From Candidatus Stramentimicrobium fermentans (GTDB lineage Bacteria; Atribacterota; Phoenicimicrobiia; Phoenicimicrobiales; Stramentimicrobiaceae): DNA of 64,000 nt. A model generated the notes under the pieces. That model was not told the DNA's origin. It saw only the letters and a list, made by a program, of their open reading frames with translations, and did not search any database. Position numbers and translations under genes: made by a program. Of the stretch, positions 1 through 10,966 are shown one piece after another; the stretch's first letter is position 1; every line of letters begins with the position of its first letter. The stretch spans positions 10,171 to 74,170 of the forward strand of contig JAAYOB010000005.1 in the NCBI GenBank assembly GCA_012520575.1, read 5' to 3'.

Positions 1-296
1 GGAGTCTGTCTCCTGAATTTTTCACCTTTGGCATGATTGGTTATTTGATGTGTATACTTTTTGTTGGCGGATATACTACCATGTGGGGAGTTATCTTCTC
101 AGCTTTTTTCTTGCAAGGAATCCCATTAATGTTTCCTAGTTCTATTGCCTCCTGGCGCCAGGTTATTTATGGGGCTTTACTTGTTCTTATCATTCTATTG
201 AGACCAGAAGGCATAATTACCAGGAAGATGTTATGGCGTATGAAACCCAAAGCATATTTCCCGGTTAACACCCAAATTAAAAATAGTAAAAGTTAA
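1..296 (+). CDS. C-terminal part of a branched-chain amino acid ABC transporter permease (LivH/LivM family), 5' end outside window
   Basis: Frame is open from nt 3. Hydrophobic C-terminus ...LSPEFFTFGMIGYL...GGYTTMWGVIFSAFF...LLVLIILLRPEGI resembles LivM/LivH ends. A LivJ-type binding protein follows. Confidence 0.6.
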   Translation, partial: SLSPEFFTFGMIGYLMCILFVGGYTTMWGVIFSAFFLQGIPLMFPSSIASWRQVIYGALLVLIILLRPEGIITRKMLWRMKPKAYFPVNTQIKNSKS

Positions 297-453
297 TATT
301 TAATTACAAATTATCTGTCAAGAACTTAGCAGCACACAATCATATCCTGAAAGGAGGGAAGCTTAATATTCAATAAGTGATATTGTAATGCTAGTAAGAG
401 TAATTATTTTTTAGGTCAGTAATTATTAAAAAAATATAAGGAGATGGGCAAAA

Positions 454-1632
454 ATGAAAAATAAATTAATGCGGTTTTCAGGTATCTTTACTATTATAAT
501 TTGCTTCCTGCTTATTTCTTCAATAAATATATTTGGACAAGAAGTTCAAGTTAGTGAGTGGAACATACCATTTTTAAATTCAATAACCGGTCCTATTGCA
601 AGTATCGGAGAGTATATGTCTTGGAGTGCTTATAGGGCAGCTGATGAAATTAATGCTGCTGGAGGTGTAAGGGGGAAGCCCATAAAAATTGAAGTAATCG
701 ATACCGGAGTAAGTAAAGATAAGGCAATGGAAGAGATGGCCAAACTGGTCGATTCGGCATTGGTAGTAATGGGTCCTGTTCCGGAGGCCTGTATTATGGC
801 TGCTGTGCCTATTGCCGTAAAAGCAGGATTATTCTCTTTGGTTTCTTCTACAAGTTATGAATATGCTGTAGAATATTTCCCCTGGACTCTTTCCTGGTAC
901 CCAATAACTGAAGAAAAACTTCCTCCTATAACTGCTGCTTGGGCAAAATTGCATCCGGATATGAAGACAGTAGTGCAATTTGTGGAGAATTGGGCTGCTT
1001 GGCCTCCTATGGCCGAAGCTCACGCTGTTGGATTGGAATCAGCAGGTGTAAAAATGTTATCACAGGTCGATGTTCCAACAGATGCCATAATGTTTGGTCC
1101 GCTTGTATTAAAGGCCCTTGCTCAAAAACCAGATGGAATTGTGTTGACCTGTAATTCTGAGAAGGCAGCCAAGATTATTATTGAACTGGTTAATAAGGGT
1201 TGGAAGGATATGGCCAAAATATTGGTATTCAGCAGTGCAGATGATACAGCATTATATACCACCGGTGGTGATAGCATAGAGGGAATATCTATTTACAACT
1301 ACATTGACTTGAACTTAGACGATCCTCGCTGGCAAGCTTTCCGTGAAGCATACAAGAAGGACCATGATGGCATAGAACCCGCCTCTCTCTCAACAAACTA
1401 TTATGATAGTGTCTACATGATTAGCGAGGCGATTGAAAATACCGGAATAACTGGAGACCCGGCTAAGTTAGCAGAAGAGAGAGTCAAAATAAGAGACTAT
1501 TGCCGGAATGTTAAAGGGTTTAAGGGTGTTCAATTAACCTGGGATATGACAGATGGAGTACCCGCCGGTAAGGGAACATTCTTATTCGAAATTGAGAACG
1601 GAGAAAAAGTATTCCGGGCTATGGCAAAATAG
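454..1632 (+). CDS. ABC transporter substrate-binding protein, LivJ/LivK (type I periplasmic binding protein) family
   Basis: 392-aa ORF with N-terminal signal/anchor (FSGIFTIIICFLLISS) and AAGGVRGKPIKIEVIDTG block typical of Leu/Ile/Val-binding proteins. AAGGAG RBS upstream. Confidence 0.75.
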   Translation: MKNKLMRFSGIFTIIICFLLISSINIFGQEVQVSEWNIPFLNSITGPIASIGEYMSWSAYRAADEINAAGGVRGKPIKIEVIDTGVSKDKAMEEMAKLVDSALVVMGPVPEACIMAAVPIAVKAGLFSLVSSTSYEYAVEYFPWTLSWYPITEEKLPPITAAWAKLHPDMKTVVQFVENWAAWPPMAEAHAVGLESAGVKMLSQVDVPTDAIMFGPLVLKALAQKPDGIVLTCNSEKAAKIIIELVNKGWKDMAKILVFSSADDTALYTTGGDSIEGISIYNYIDLNLDDPRWQAFREAYKKDHDGIEPASLSTNYYDSVYMISEAIENTGITGDPAKLAEERVKIRDYCRNVKGFKGVQLTWDMTDGVPAGKGTFLFEIENGEKVFRAMAK

Positions 1633-1764
1633 AATATTCTGCAATACAAAAGAATTTTGAATCAAAACTTGCTGTTAGGTAGTCTACCCCCCTCTTCTTA
1701 TAATAATGCCATGTTGGAGAAGAGGGGGGTAGAAAAAATAGAGAGGAGGTAAATAAGTATTAAA

Positions 1765-2997
1765 TTGGATATCTCAAGATATGACAAGATTATTAGCACA
1801 ATTGATGAAAACGGTGTTATAGAATTTACCCAGGAGCTTATTAGGATAAAAAGTGTTTTTAATCCTGACAAAGAAGGATGCAATGAAGAAAGAGTGGCCA
1901 TGTTTGTGGCTGATAGATTGAAGAAAATGGGCTTACAGGTTTATGTAGAAGAAGTAGTTCCGGGAAGGCCTAATGTAATTGGAATTTTAAAAGGGAGTCA
2001 AGAGGGAAAGACAATTCTATTTGAAGCACATACCGATGTGGTGACAGAGGGTGACCTCGAAAAGTGGAATTTTCCTCCTTTTGAAGCAGTTATTGATGAC
2101 AACAAAATTTATGGCAGAGGTTCTTGTGATACTAAGGGTAATTTAGCTGCTATGGTCTATGCTGTTCAGGCTATTTTAAATTCAAAAATAGAATTCAAAG
2201 GGAATATTGTACTATGTATACCTGTTGATGAAGAGGGAATGATGCTTGGTATCAAGCATTTTATAAAACAGGGATGGGCTGATGATGTGAATGCAGCTAT
2301 TATTTGTGAACCGGAAGAGAACAATATTTGCATTTATCAAAAAGGTGCAATGAGAGTAATAATAAAAGTTAAGGGCAAGATGGCCCACGGGGCTATGCCG
2401 GAGGCCGGTATAAATCCAAATTGGGGATTGGCTAAAATAATAACGGAATTGCAAAAATTGCAAAAAGAAGAAATCAATAGGTTGGGAAGTCATAAATATT
2501 TAGGAAAGCCAAGTTTTACTCCTACCATTATTAAGGCCCCTATTCGGGGGGATGCTCAAATCAATGTTATTCCGCAGGAATCTATGGTTACAATTGATAT
2601 TAGAACTATTCCGGGGCAAGAACATGATAAAATAAAAGAATCTATTAAAAGTATCTTCAATATGCTCTCTAAGGAAGATTCAGATTTTAAAGCAGAGATG
2701 GAAGTAATAGAAGAAAGACCATGGACCGAGACATCTCCTGATGAGCCTATTGTTAGAGCAACTGCAGAAGCATTTAAATACATTACCAAAAAAGCTCCAA
2801 TTTATAATGGAGTTCCCGGTGCGACAGATGGTACTTTTCTGAACTCCTGGAAGAATATCCCTATTGTTACTATTGGTGCAGGTAATCGATTAATACCACA
2901 TCAAGCAGACGAATACATAGAAATCAATGAGCTGTTAGAAACAGTAAAGATATATGCTTTAACTGCTATGTTGTTTCTAAATGAAGATGTTTTTTAA
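1765..2997 (+). CDS. M20 family metallopeptidase (ArgE/DapE-type deacylase)
   Basis: 410 aa with M20 metal-site blocks: FEAHTDVV, GRGSCDTKGN, PVDEEG, and C-terminal GATDG. Confidence 0.75.
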   Translation: MDISRYDKIISTIDENGVIEFTQELIRIKSVFNPDKEGCNEERVAMFVADRLKKMGLQVYVEEVVPGRPNVIGILKGSQEGKTILFEAHTDVVTEGDLEKWNFPPFEAVIDDNKIYGRGSCDTKGNLAAMVYAVQAILNSKIEFKGNIVLCIPVDEEGMMLGIKHFIKQGWADDVNAAIICEPEENNICIYQKGAMRVIIKVKGKMAHGAMPEAGINPNWGLAKIITELQKLQKEEINRLGSHKYLGKPSFTPTIIKAPIRGDAQINVIPQESMVTIDIRTIPGQEHDKIKESIKSIFNMLSKEDSDFKAEMEVIEERPWTETSPDEPIVRATAEAFKYITKKAPIYNGVPGATDGTFLNSWKNIPIVTIGAGNRLIPHQADEYIEINELLETVKIYALTAMLFLNEDVF

Positions 2998-3040
2998 ACT
3001 TTTACAAGCATATTAATTCACATTTTAGACAAGAAAGGCG

Positions 3041-4054
3041 ATGGAACAAATGGTAGATAATAGTAATACCAAAGATTTAAAAGATTCTATTACAGATGTC
3101 CCCGGGGTTAAGGTTGGGCATAGTCAAGATTTAACCGGAGGAACGGGATGCACTGTTGTTTTATTCGAAGAGGGGGCAGTCACCGGAGTTGATGTTAGGG
3201 GTGGGGCACCCGGCACTCGAGAGACTGATGCGCTTAACCCTGTTAATTTAGTTGGCAAAGCCCATGCAATTTATTTGAGTGGAGGAAGTGCTTTCGGATT
3301 AGATGGAACCGCGGGGGTAATGCGCTATATGGAAGAACTGGGGATAGGTTTTGATGTCGGTGTTACAAAAGTACCTATTATTCCTGCAGCAGTCTTATTT
3401 GATCTAACTGTTGGTGATTTTAGAACTAGGCCTGATGCAAAAATGGGCTATGAGGCATGTTTAAATGCCAATGAAATCAATGATTCCCAGGGCAATATTG
3501 GAGCCGGAACAGGTGCCACCATTGGGAAGGTATTGGGTTATGAATTCTGCATGAAAAGCGGATTAGGAACAGCCAGCTTACAATGCGGAGATTTGATTAT
3601 TGGAGCCATTGTGGCTGTAAATTGTTTTGGGGATGTTTATGACCCCCATTGCGGAAAAATTATTGCCGGAGCTTTGTCCCATGATCGAAAAAGCTTTCTA
3701 GATACAATCGCTTATTTAAAAAACCCCTCTTTACCTGAAAACAATCATGAACAATTCCCGGCTAACACAACAATAGGCGCAATTGCCACCAATGCAAAAT
3801 TGACAAAAGCAGAAGCAACAAAAATTGCAATGATGGCCCACAATGGTTTTGCTCGTACCATTGTTCCGGTACACACAATGTTTGATGGTGATACTATTTT
3901 CTGTTCCGGAACAGGTAAAATTGATGCAAGTGTTAATTTAATTGGTATTTTAGCAGCTGAGGTGATGATTAATGCGGTTATTAATGCAGTAAAGAATACA
4001 AAACCGCTCTTTGGACTTCCATGTTATCAAGATCTGTATAAAGAAAAACAATAG
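3041..4054 (+). CDS. P1/DmpA family aminopeptidase (peptidase S58)
   Basis: GGTGCTVVLF, RGGAPGTRETD, LSGGSAFGLD and the self-processing-type ANTTIGAIATNA block characteristic of DmpA/BapA-like Ntn hydrolases. Confidence 0.75.
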   Translation: MEQMVDNSNTKDLKDSITDVPGVKVGHSQDLTGGTGCTVVLFEEGAVTGVDVRGGAPGTRETDALNPVNLVGKAHAIYLSGGSAFGLDGTAGVMRYMEELGIGFDVGVTKVPIIPAAVLFDLTVGDFRTRPDAKMGYEACLNANEINDSQGNIGAGTGATIGKVLGYEFCMKSGLGTASLQCGDLIIGAIVAVNCFGDVYDPHCGKIIAGALSHDRKSFLDTIAYLKNPSLPENNHEQFPANTTIGAIATNAKLTKAEATKIAMMAHNGFARTIVPVHTMFDGDTIFCSGTGKIDASVNLIGILAAEVMINAVINAVKNTKPLFGLPCYQDLYKEKQ

Positions 4055-4088
4055 ATAGTCAACTTAAATTAAATATATAAAAAGGTAG

Positions 4089-5030
4089 ATGATTATGAAA
4101 ATCGTTATTGTTGGTGCAGGTGCAATGGGTTCTCTTTTCGGGGGGCTGTTAGCTAACTCGGGCAACCATGTCTCTTTGATAGATATTTGGAAAGAACATA
4201 TTGAGTGTATCAATAAAAAAGGTCTATTAATAAAAGGAATTGATGAGGATAAATACATCAGAATCAATGCTTTTACCAATGTAAAAGAAATAAAAGAAAA
4301 ACCGGATTTAATAATAGTTTTTGTCAAATCTTACCATACAGAAAATGCTGCTAGAGAAGTTTTGCCATTATTGAAAGAGGATACCTCTGTATTAACTTTA
4401 CAAAACGGCTTAGGAAATATCGACATTTTAAGTAAATATTTAGGGTCAAAAGGAATTATTGCTGGAACAACCTCTTACGGGTCTACCATTCTGGCACCTG
4501 GTAGTATTCTTTTGGGTGGCTCGGGAACTACTTGCATCGGTGAATTGAACGGAAGTATTACCAAACGGATAAAAGACATTGCAGAAATGTTTAATAAAGC
4601 CGGGATAATAACAGAAATTACACAGAATGTGCTTGGATTAATTTGGACAAAATTGATTATAAATGTTGGAATAAACGCCTTAGGAGTTTTACTTAGAGTC
4701 AAAAATGGTGAGTTGATTCAAGGAGAGTTTCCGCAAAAAATACAAAAAGCTTTAGTAGAGGAAGCCGTGCTTTTAGCAAAGAAAAAAAATATTAAATTAA
4801 TACATAAAGATATGGTAAAACAAGTTGCTGCTGTTTGTGAACAAACTAAAGATAATGTTAATTCCATGTTGCAGGATGTATTAAAAAAAAGAAAAACGGA
4901 GATAGATTTTATCAATGGCGCTATAGTTAATGATGGTAAATACCTAAATGTCTCCACCCCGGTTAACCAGGTAATAACCGATCTCATAAAATCTATAGAA
5001 GAAAAATATGAAAAACAAATATCTTTTTAG
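4089..5030 (+). CDS. panE: 2-dehydropantoate 2-reductase
   Basis: Rossmann N-terminus MKIVIVGAGAMGS. ApbA/PanE-like length (313 aa). Immediately upstream of panB. ATG at 4095 has the better RBS spacing. Confidence 0.8.
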   Translation: MIMKIVIVGAGAMGSLFGGLLANSGNHVSLIDIWKEHIECINKKGLLIKGIDEDKYIRINAFTNVKEIKEKPDLIIVFVKSYHTENAAREVLPLLKEDTSVLTLQNGLGNIDILSKYLGSKGIIAGTTSYGSTILAPGSILLGGSGTTCIGELNGSITKRIKDIAEMFNKAGIITEITQNVLGLIWTKLIINVGINALGVLLRVKNGELIQGEFPQKIQKALVEEAVLLAKKKNIKLIHKDMVKQVAAVCEQTKDNVNSMLQDVLKKRKTEIDFINGAIVNDGKYLNVSTPVNQVITDLIKSIEEKYEKQISF

Positions 5031-5042
5031 GAGCATAAAGAA

Positions 5043-5906
5043 ATGGAACAAATCAAAAAAAAATTAACCATACCTGATTTTTTTATTATGAAAGAAAATG
5101 GGAAAAAATTTACCATGGTTACCGCTTATGATTACGCCATGGCTGTACAGGTAAACAAAACAGAGATAGAAATGATCTTGGTTGGCGATTCAGCCGCAAT
5201 GGTTATGCTGGGTTACCAGAGCACGCTACCTATTGATCTTGATACTATGATAATTTTAGCAAAAGCGGTAGTGAGGGGAGCTCCCAATACCTTTATTGTC
5301 GGAGATCTGCCTTTTCTATCTTATGAAATAAGTGTTGAAAAAGCTATTGAAAATGCAGGAAGGCTTATAAAAGAGGCTGAAATAGATTGTGTAAAACTGG
5401 AAGGCGGAACCCGGATAGCAGATACTGTAGCAGCTATTGTTAAGGCGGGTATACCGGTTATGGGGCATATTGGCTTAACCCCCCAAAGCATCTCTCAATT
5501 GGGTGGTTTCCGAGTACAAGGTAAGAATTTATTTGCCGCAGAAAAACTGCTGGAAGACGCACTAGCCTTAGAAGAAGCCGGGGCTTCCAGTATAGTTTTA
5601 GAAGGGATGCCTAATCCCGTTGCCCAGGTTATAACAGAAACACTTAAAATACCTACCGTTGGAATAGGGGCAGGGCCTTTTTGCGATGCTCAAGTTTTAG
5701 TTATTCACGATTTATTGGGCTTATTTGATAGATTTGTTCCCAAATTTGTTAAGAAGTACGCACATATTGGTCAGGATATATATAAAGCACTTTCTGATTT
5801 TGATAAAGAAGTTAAAACCGGTGTTTTTCCGGATCTTGAACGCAGCTATAACCTTAAAGAAGATATAGAAAAAGAAATTATCAGACATCTAAAAAAAGTG
5901 AAATAA
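5043..5906 (+). CDS. panB: 3-methyl-2-oxobutanoate hydroxymethyltransferase
   Basis: LVGDSAAMVMLGY, VKLEGG, MGHIGLTPQS blocks typical of PanB; 287 aa. Confidence 0.9.
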   Translation: MEQIKKKLTIPDFFIMKENGKKFTMVTAYDYAMAVQVNKTEIEMILVGDSAAMVMLGYQSTLPIDLDTMIILAKAVVRGAPNTFIVGDLPFLSYEISVEKAIENAGRLIKEAEIDCVKLEGGTRIADTVAAIVKAGIPVMGHIGLTPQSISQLGGFRVQGKNLFAAEKLLEDALALEEAGASSIVLEGMPNPVAQVITETLKIPTVGIGAGPFCDAQVLVIHDLLGLFDRFVPKFVKKYAHIGQDIYKALSDFDKEVKTGVFPDLERSYNLKEDIEKEIIRHLKKVK

Positions 5907-5933
5907 TCGTAAAGCATCTTATATAGCAAAAGT

Positions 5934-6494
5934 TTGATCAAAGAGTTAGAATTAAGAATGAAAAAAGAGAGATTAAGGGAAAAAACCGTTAAATCTGAAA
6001 CACTTTATGTTGGTAAAATTATTCGTTTACGCAAAGACGAAGTAGTCTTGCATAATGGGAGAAGGTCTTTTCGAGAAATTGTGGAACACCCCGGAGCAGT
6101 GGTCATTTTGGCTGAAAAAGATAAACAAAAAATCATTCTGGTCCGGCAATTCCGCAAAGCGGTCGAAGAAGTCTTATTAGAATTGCCGGCAGGAACAATT
6201 GAACCGTTTGAAAAAACAATTGATTGTGCTAGAAGAGAATTAGAAGAAGAGACCGGCTATCAGGCTCAGAATTGGAATGAGATTATCGATTTTTACTCAG
6301 CACCGGGATTTTGTAGCGAGAAGTTGACCCTTTTTTATGCCCGAGACTTGATTAAGACCAAAAGCAATACTGATGAGGATGAATTTATAGACATAGTCGA
6401 AGTTGATGAAGGAGAAGTTAGTTTATTAATAAAAGATAAAAAAATTAAAGATGCTAAATCTTTAATGGGGCTTTTATGGTGGCTGCATAAATGA
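5934..6494 (+). CDS. Nudix hydrolase, ADP-ribose pyrophosphatase-like
   Basis: Nudix box GTIEPFEKTIDCARRELEEETGY. Size and context as NudF/YqkG-type enzymes. Confidence 0.75.
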   Translation: MIKELELRMKKERLREKTVKSETLYVGKIIRLRKDEVVLHNGRRSFREIVEHPGAVVILAEKDKQKIILVRQFRKAVEEVLLELPAGTIEPFEKTIDCARRELEEETGYQAQNWNEIIDFYSAPGFCSEKLTLFYARDLIKTKSNTDEDEFIDIVEVDEGEVSLLIKDKKIKDAKSLMGLLWWLHK

Positions 6495-7735
6495 GAGAAA
6501 AAGGCAACCGCCACTACTTTGTAGATTTACACGTCCATATCGGCAGAACTGAGGATAACCATCCGGTTAAAGTTACCGCTTCCCGTGATTTAACCTTTGC
6601 TCATATCGCTCAAGAGTGTCAGTTCAGAAAGGGCATAGATATGGTAGGAATTGTTGATTGTGCCTCACCTCGAGTTATAACAGATATTGAAAAAATGCTA
6701 AACTCCGGGGAAATGATGGAATTAGCTGATGGTGGTTTACGATATCATGATAGAGTAACCGTTATTTTAGCTTCTGAGATAGAAACAAAAGAGCTGAATG
6801 GAGGCTTATCACACCAGATTGCCTACTTCCCCTTTTTAAAAAATGTTAAAGCATTTAGTGAAAAAATGAGGAAAATAGTTACTAATCCCAACTTAAGTTC
6901 ACAAAACAGTCAAATAACTGCCCAAGAATTTTTTTATATGGTATATACTTTTGGCGGTATTGTGATACCTGCCCATGTATTTACCCCCTACAAGAGTGTT
7001 TTTGGCAGCTGTTCAGTCCATTTGAAAGATATTTTCAATACCTCAACTTTAAAGAAAATTCCCGCTATTGAATTGGGATTGAGTGCCGATAGTTGTCTTG
7101 CCGATTGTTTAAGAGAGTTATCCGATTTTACTTTCTTAGCCAATTCCGACGCCCATTCCTTGTCTAAAATTGGTCGAGAGTATAATGTTGTTATGATGGA
7201 ACAGCCAACTTTCAAAGAATTATTATTAGCTCTAAAGAGAAAGAAGAGTAGAAAAGTAGTAGCAAATTATGGCTTAGACCCCAAACTGGGCAAATACCAC
7301 CGCACTTATTGCAAGGAGTGCCATACCACTGCCAAAGGTTCCCCGCCTGTATTTTTTTGCGAAAAATGTCACAGTGGAAAGATAAAAAAGGGGGTATTGG
7401 ACAGAATAATGGAAATAAGTGGTAGCTGCAGCTCTATTTCTCCACAGCATAGGCCTCCTTATTACCACCAAATTCCACTTGAATTTGTTCCGGGCATTGG
7501 TAAAAAAACTAAAGAGAAGCTATTTAAGCATTTTGGAACCGAAATGAATATCTTACATAACACTTCCCGGCAGGAATTAAGTAAAGTAGCTGGACCGAGA
7601 ATTGCCGCTGACATTATCTTGGCTCATAAGGGCAAATTGAATCTTTTATCTGGCGGTGGGGGAAGGTATGGCAAAGTAAAAAGAGATGCTATAAAAAATA
7701 ATAAGAATAGTTTTCAGAAAGAGAATTTAATTTAA
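6491..7735 (+). CDS. PHP-domain protein resembling endonuclease Q (EndoQ / TIGR00375-type)
   Basis: N-terminal DLHVHIGRT PHP metal site, central double CxxC ribbon (YCKECH...FCEKCH), C-terminal helix-hairpin-helix VPGIGKKTKEKL. 4-nt overlap with the Nudix gene. Confidence 0.55.
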   Translation: MREKGNRHYFVDLHVHIGRTEDNHPVKVTASRDLTFAHIAQECQFRKGIDMVGIVDCASPRVITDIEKMLNSGEMMELADGGLRYHDRVTVILASEIETKELNGGLSHQIAYFPFLKNVKAFSEKMRKIVTNPNLSSQNSQITAQEFFYMVYTFGGIVIPAHVFTPYKSVFGSCSVHLKDIFNTSTLKKIPAIELGLSADSCLADCLRELSDFTFLANSDAHSLSKIGREYNVVMMEQPTFKELLLALKRKKSRKVVANYGLDPKLGKYHRTYCKECHTTAKGSPPVFFCEKCHSGKIKKGVLDRIMEISGSCSSISPQHRPPYYHQIPLEFVPGIGKKTKEKLFKHFGTEMNILHNTSRQELSKVAGPRIAADIILAHKGKLNLLSGGGGRYGKVKRDAIKNNKNSFQKENLI

Positions 7736-7775
7736 TAGAGTATAATTTACCGGTTGTCCGAAATAAAAAAATATT

Positions 7776-7826
7776 TCATTCATATAGGAGCGTATTTCGT
7801 CTAACACTAAATATGAATGATTTTTT
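7776..7826 (+). terminator. Hairpin plus T-tract downstream of the EndoQ-like gene
   Basis: TCATTCATAT (7776-7785) pairs with ATATGAATGA (7811-7820), followed by TTTTTT. The loop is large, so it is only a moderate candidate. Confidence 0.45.
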
Positions 7827-7907
7827 AAAATAGTCAAAAAAAAGAAGGATTTTTCATATCTTTGCAGAATTAAATAATTAAGAGGCTTATTTATTAAGGA
7901 GCATTTT

Positions 7908-9668
7908 TTGGTTAGATACTCAGATGAAACTTTAGATGAAATCAGAAATAGATTAGATATAGTAGCGCTTGTTTCCGAATATGTTTCCTTAAAGAAAAGC
8001 GGAAAGAGCTATAAAGGGCTCTGCCCTTTTCATCAGGAAAAAACCCCTTCTTTTCTGGTGGATGTTGAAAGGCAGATATTTCACTGTTTTGGGTGTGGAG
8101 AGGGAGGAAATATCTTCACCTTTATTATGAAAATGGAAAGATTAAATTTTCCGGAAGCGGTTAGAATGTTGGCCCGTAAAGCAGGTGTAGCATTGCCGGT
8201 TTCTGAAAAGCGGAATATAAAAGATGTACAGGAAAGGGAATTAATTTATCGTTGTAACGAGATAGCCGCTGACTATTATCAGAAAAAACTATTTTCAATA
8301 CAGGGAAAAAGGGCCTTACAATACCTCTTAGAGAGAAGCTTCACTAAAGAAATAATAAAAACCTTTCATCTGGGTTATGCTTTACCCGGATATGAAAATC
8401 TGATTAATGCTCTATTATCCCAAAAAATAGCGCAATCGGATCTATTTAAAGCCGGGTTAGTAGCGAAAAGCAGCAGATCCAATCAAGTTATAGATTATTT
8501 TCGAGATAGAATCATTTTTCCAATTTTTAATTTACAGGGGAAGATAATTGCCTTTGGTGGTAGAGTACTGGATGATAAATTACCAAAATATTTGAATTCT
8601 CCCGAAACCCCGGTCTACCATAAGGCTAAAAACCTCTATGGCTTTTTCCAGGCTAAAAGAGGTATCCGCCAAAAAAATCAGGCTATCATTATGGAAGGCT
8701 ATACCGACGTACTGATGGCACATCAGTACGGGTTTGAAAATACTGTTGCCTCATTAGGTACTGCCTTAACCGAGCAGCAGGTTGATTTAATAAAAAGATT
8801 TGCAGATGAGATAATAATTTCCTTTGATGCAGACACTGCCGGTAAGAGTGCAGCTTTGCGGAGTCTCGGTATTATCAAAAAAGCAGGAATTACAGTAAGG
8901 GTGATATCTTTGCCTGACAATAGCGACCCTGCCAGTATCCTTTTACAAAAGGGAAAAATATTTTTTAGCAATCTAATAGACAATGCTCTGACACTAATTG
9001 ATTATAAGTTAGAGGTAATGATGAAACAATATAATCCGGCTACCAGTGTAGGGAAAATTTCAATCGTTAGGGAGTTATTTCAGGATTTAAGTGCTATGAA
9101 TAGTGAAATTGAATTGCATAGTTCAGTTAAGAAAATCGCTGAGAAACTGAAATTAAATGAAGAGAGCATTTTGAAAGATTTGCATCAATACAAGAGAGGA
9201 AAAAGTAAACCATCCAATATTGCCACTAACTCTCGCGCTGAATCTACTCATGTTAATGCAGAGAAAATTTTAATCGGCAGTATGCTGCAAAAAAAAGAAG
9301 GGTTAGAAAGAGTTGTTTCTGAGTTAGAGATTGAAGATTTTTCTGTGACTGAACATCAAGCCATTGTTGCTATTATTATTGATCTTTTTGAAAAAGGCGA
9401 AAAAATTTCTTTGCAAAAAGTGATTGACCAAATAGAAAAACCGGAAATAATTAATCTATTATCTCAAATCATGCTCAAAGATATTGTTTCCTTAGATTCT
9501 GCTGCACTGGAACGTTCAATCAGGGCTATTAAAACTCACAAGCTTAAACGGGAATTGGATCAGGTTAAAGGCAGAATAGTAAAAGAAGAAAAGGGCAATA
9601 GAGAGGTTAACCCGGAGTTACTGCTGAAATACCAAAATATATTAGAGAAAATAAAGAAAATGGCATAA
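7908..9668 (+). CDS. dnaG: DNA primase
   Basis: CHC2 zinc finger CPFHQEKTPSF...CFGCGEGG, Toprim EGYTDV...SFDADTAG, TTG start. Classic dnaG-rpoD pairing. Confidence 0.92.
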   Translation: MVRYSDETLDEIRNRLDIVALVSEYVSLKKSGKSYKGLCPFHQEKTPSFLVDVERQIFHCFGCGEGGNIFTFIMKMERLNFPEAVRMLARKAGVALPVSEKRNIKDVQERELIYRCNEIAADYYQKKLFSIQGKRALQYLLERSFTKEIIKTFHLGYALPGYENLINALLSQKIAQSDLFKAGLVAKSSRSNQVIDYFRDRIIFPIFNLQGKIIAFGGRVLDDKLPKYLNSPETPVYHKAKNLYGFFQAKRGIRQKNQAIIMEGYTDVLMAHQYGFENTVASLGTALTEQQVDLIKRFADEIIISFDADTAGKSAALRSLGIIKKAGITVRVISLPDNSDPASILLQKGKIFFSNLIDNALTLIDYKLEVMMKQYNPATSVGKISIVRELFQDLSAMNSEIELHSSVKKIAEKLKLNEESILKDLHQYKRGKSKPSNIATNSRAESTHVNAEKILIGSMLQKKEGLERVVSELEIEDFSVTEHQAIVAIIIDLFEKGEKISLQKVIDQIEKPEIINLLSQIMLKDIVSLDSAALERSIRAIKTHKLKRELDQVKGRIVKEEKGNREVNPELLLKYQNILEKIKKMA

Positions 9669-9746
9669 AATTAAATCTAACGAAAAATCCTGCTCATAAG
9701 GCGCAGGTGTCTATTATTTAAATATCAGGATAGAGGTGCAATAAAA

Positions 9747-10856
9747 ATGGCTAAGAAAAAAGAGATGGATAAGCTTATTGAAAAAGGTATGGAAAAAACT
9801 TACCTTACATTTCAAGAGATTGAAACCTATCTTGATGATGATATCTTGAATATTAATAAGATTGAGGATTTATACGACACTTTGAGTAAATATGGTGTTG
9901 ATGTTGTCGATGAAGAAGATAAAGAAGAAGATAGTTATAGTGCTGAAAAAGAAAAAGCAAAGAAAAAAGGCATTCAGGCTATTTCTACTAAAAAGACTGC
10001 CACAGACTTGGCTATTGGCAGGGGCATTGAACTCGATGACCCGGTAAAGATGTATCTGAAAGAAATCGGTCAAATAAGATTATTAACCGCTGATGAAGAG
10101 GTTGAATTAGCTAAACGTATGGAGGCCGGTGATGAAGAGGCTAAAAAAATACTAGTACAATCTAATTTGAGATTGGTAGTCAGTATAGCCAAGCGCTATG
10201 TGGGTAGGGGCATGCTTTTTTTAGACTTGATCCAGGAAGGGAATATGGGCTTAATCCGGGCAGTGGAAAAGTTTGATTATCGGCGCGGATACAAATTTAG
10301 CACCTATGCTACCTGGTGGATCAGGCAGGCCATAACCAGGGCTATTGCAGATCAGGCTAGGACTATCAGGGTGCCGGTACATATGGTGGAAACCATCAAT
10401 AAATTAGTGCGCACATCAAGGCTTCTTCTACAGGAGTTGGGAAGAGATCCTACCTTGGAAGAGATTGCTGAAAAAATGGAATTGCCTCTTGAAAAAATAA
10501 AGGAGATTATTAAGACTGCGCAGGAACCGGTTTCTTTGGAAAGCCCAATTGGCAAAGAGGATGATAGCCATCTGGGAGATTTTATCGAAGATGAAGATTC
10601 CCCGGCTCCGCCAAAAATTGCTTCCCATACTCTCTTAAAAGAACAACTGGAAGATGTTTTGAAGACATTGACTTTTCGGGAAAAACGCGTTTTACAGTTA
10701 AGGTTCGGTATTGCCGACGGGCATCCGCATACACTGGAAGAGGTTGGGCGAGAATTTGGTGTTACCAGGGAAAGAATCAGACAGATTGAGGCCAAAGCAC
10801 TTAGGAAGCTTAGACATCCTAGCCGCAGTAAAAAACTGAGAGATTACTTAGAATAA
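9747..10856 (+). CDS. rpoD: Primary RNA polymerase sigma factor (group 1)
   Basis: Regions 1.2 to 4.2 are recognisable: [55 protein letters not shown]. Confidence 0.95.
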   Translation: MAKKKEMDKLIEKGMEKTYLTFQEIETYLDDDILNINKIEDLYDTLSKYGVDVVDEEDKEEDSYSAEKEKAKKKGIQAISTKKTATDLAIGRGIELDDPVKMYLKEIGQIRLLTADEEVELAKRMEAGDEEAKKILVQSNLRLVVSIAKRYVGRGMLFLDLIQEGNMGLIRAVEKFDYRRGYKFSTYATWWIRQAITRAIADQARTIRVPVHMVETINKLVRTSRLLLQELGRDPTLEEIAEKMELPLEKIKEIIKTAQEPVSLESPIGKEDDSHLGDFIEDEDSPAPPKIASHTLLKEQLEDVLKTLTFREKRVLQLRFGIADGHPHTLEEVGREFGVTRERIRQIEAKALRKLRHPSRSKKLRDYLE

Positions 10857-10966
10857 TCTGAGAAAAGTATTATAGATATAACGAAAAAATTTCATTATCT
10901 TAATAAAAAACATATAATTGTGATTGACCTTTGCTCTTTTATAGATTATAATAAATTTCACATTAT

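Noticed and set aside
10352-10795. 147-aa minus-strand ORF inside rpoD
   Set aside because: Fully contained antisense to an unmistakable rpoD reading frame, so it is treated as spurious.
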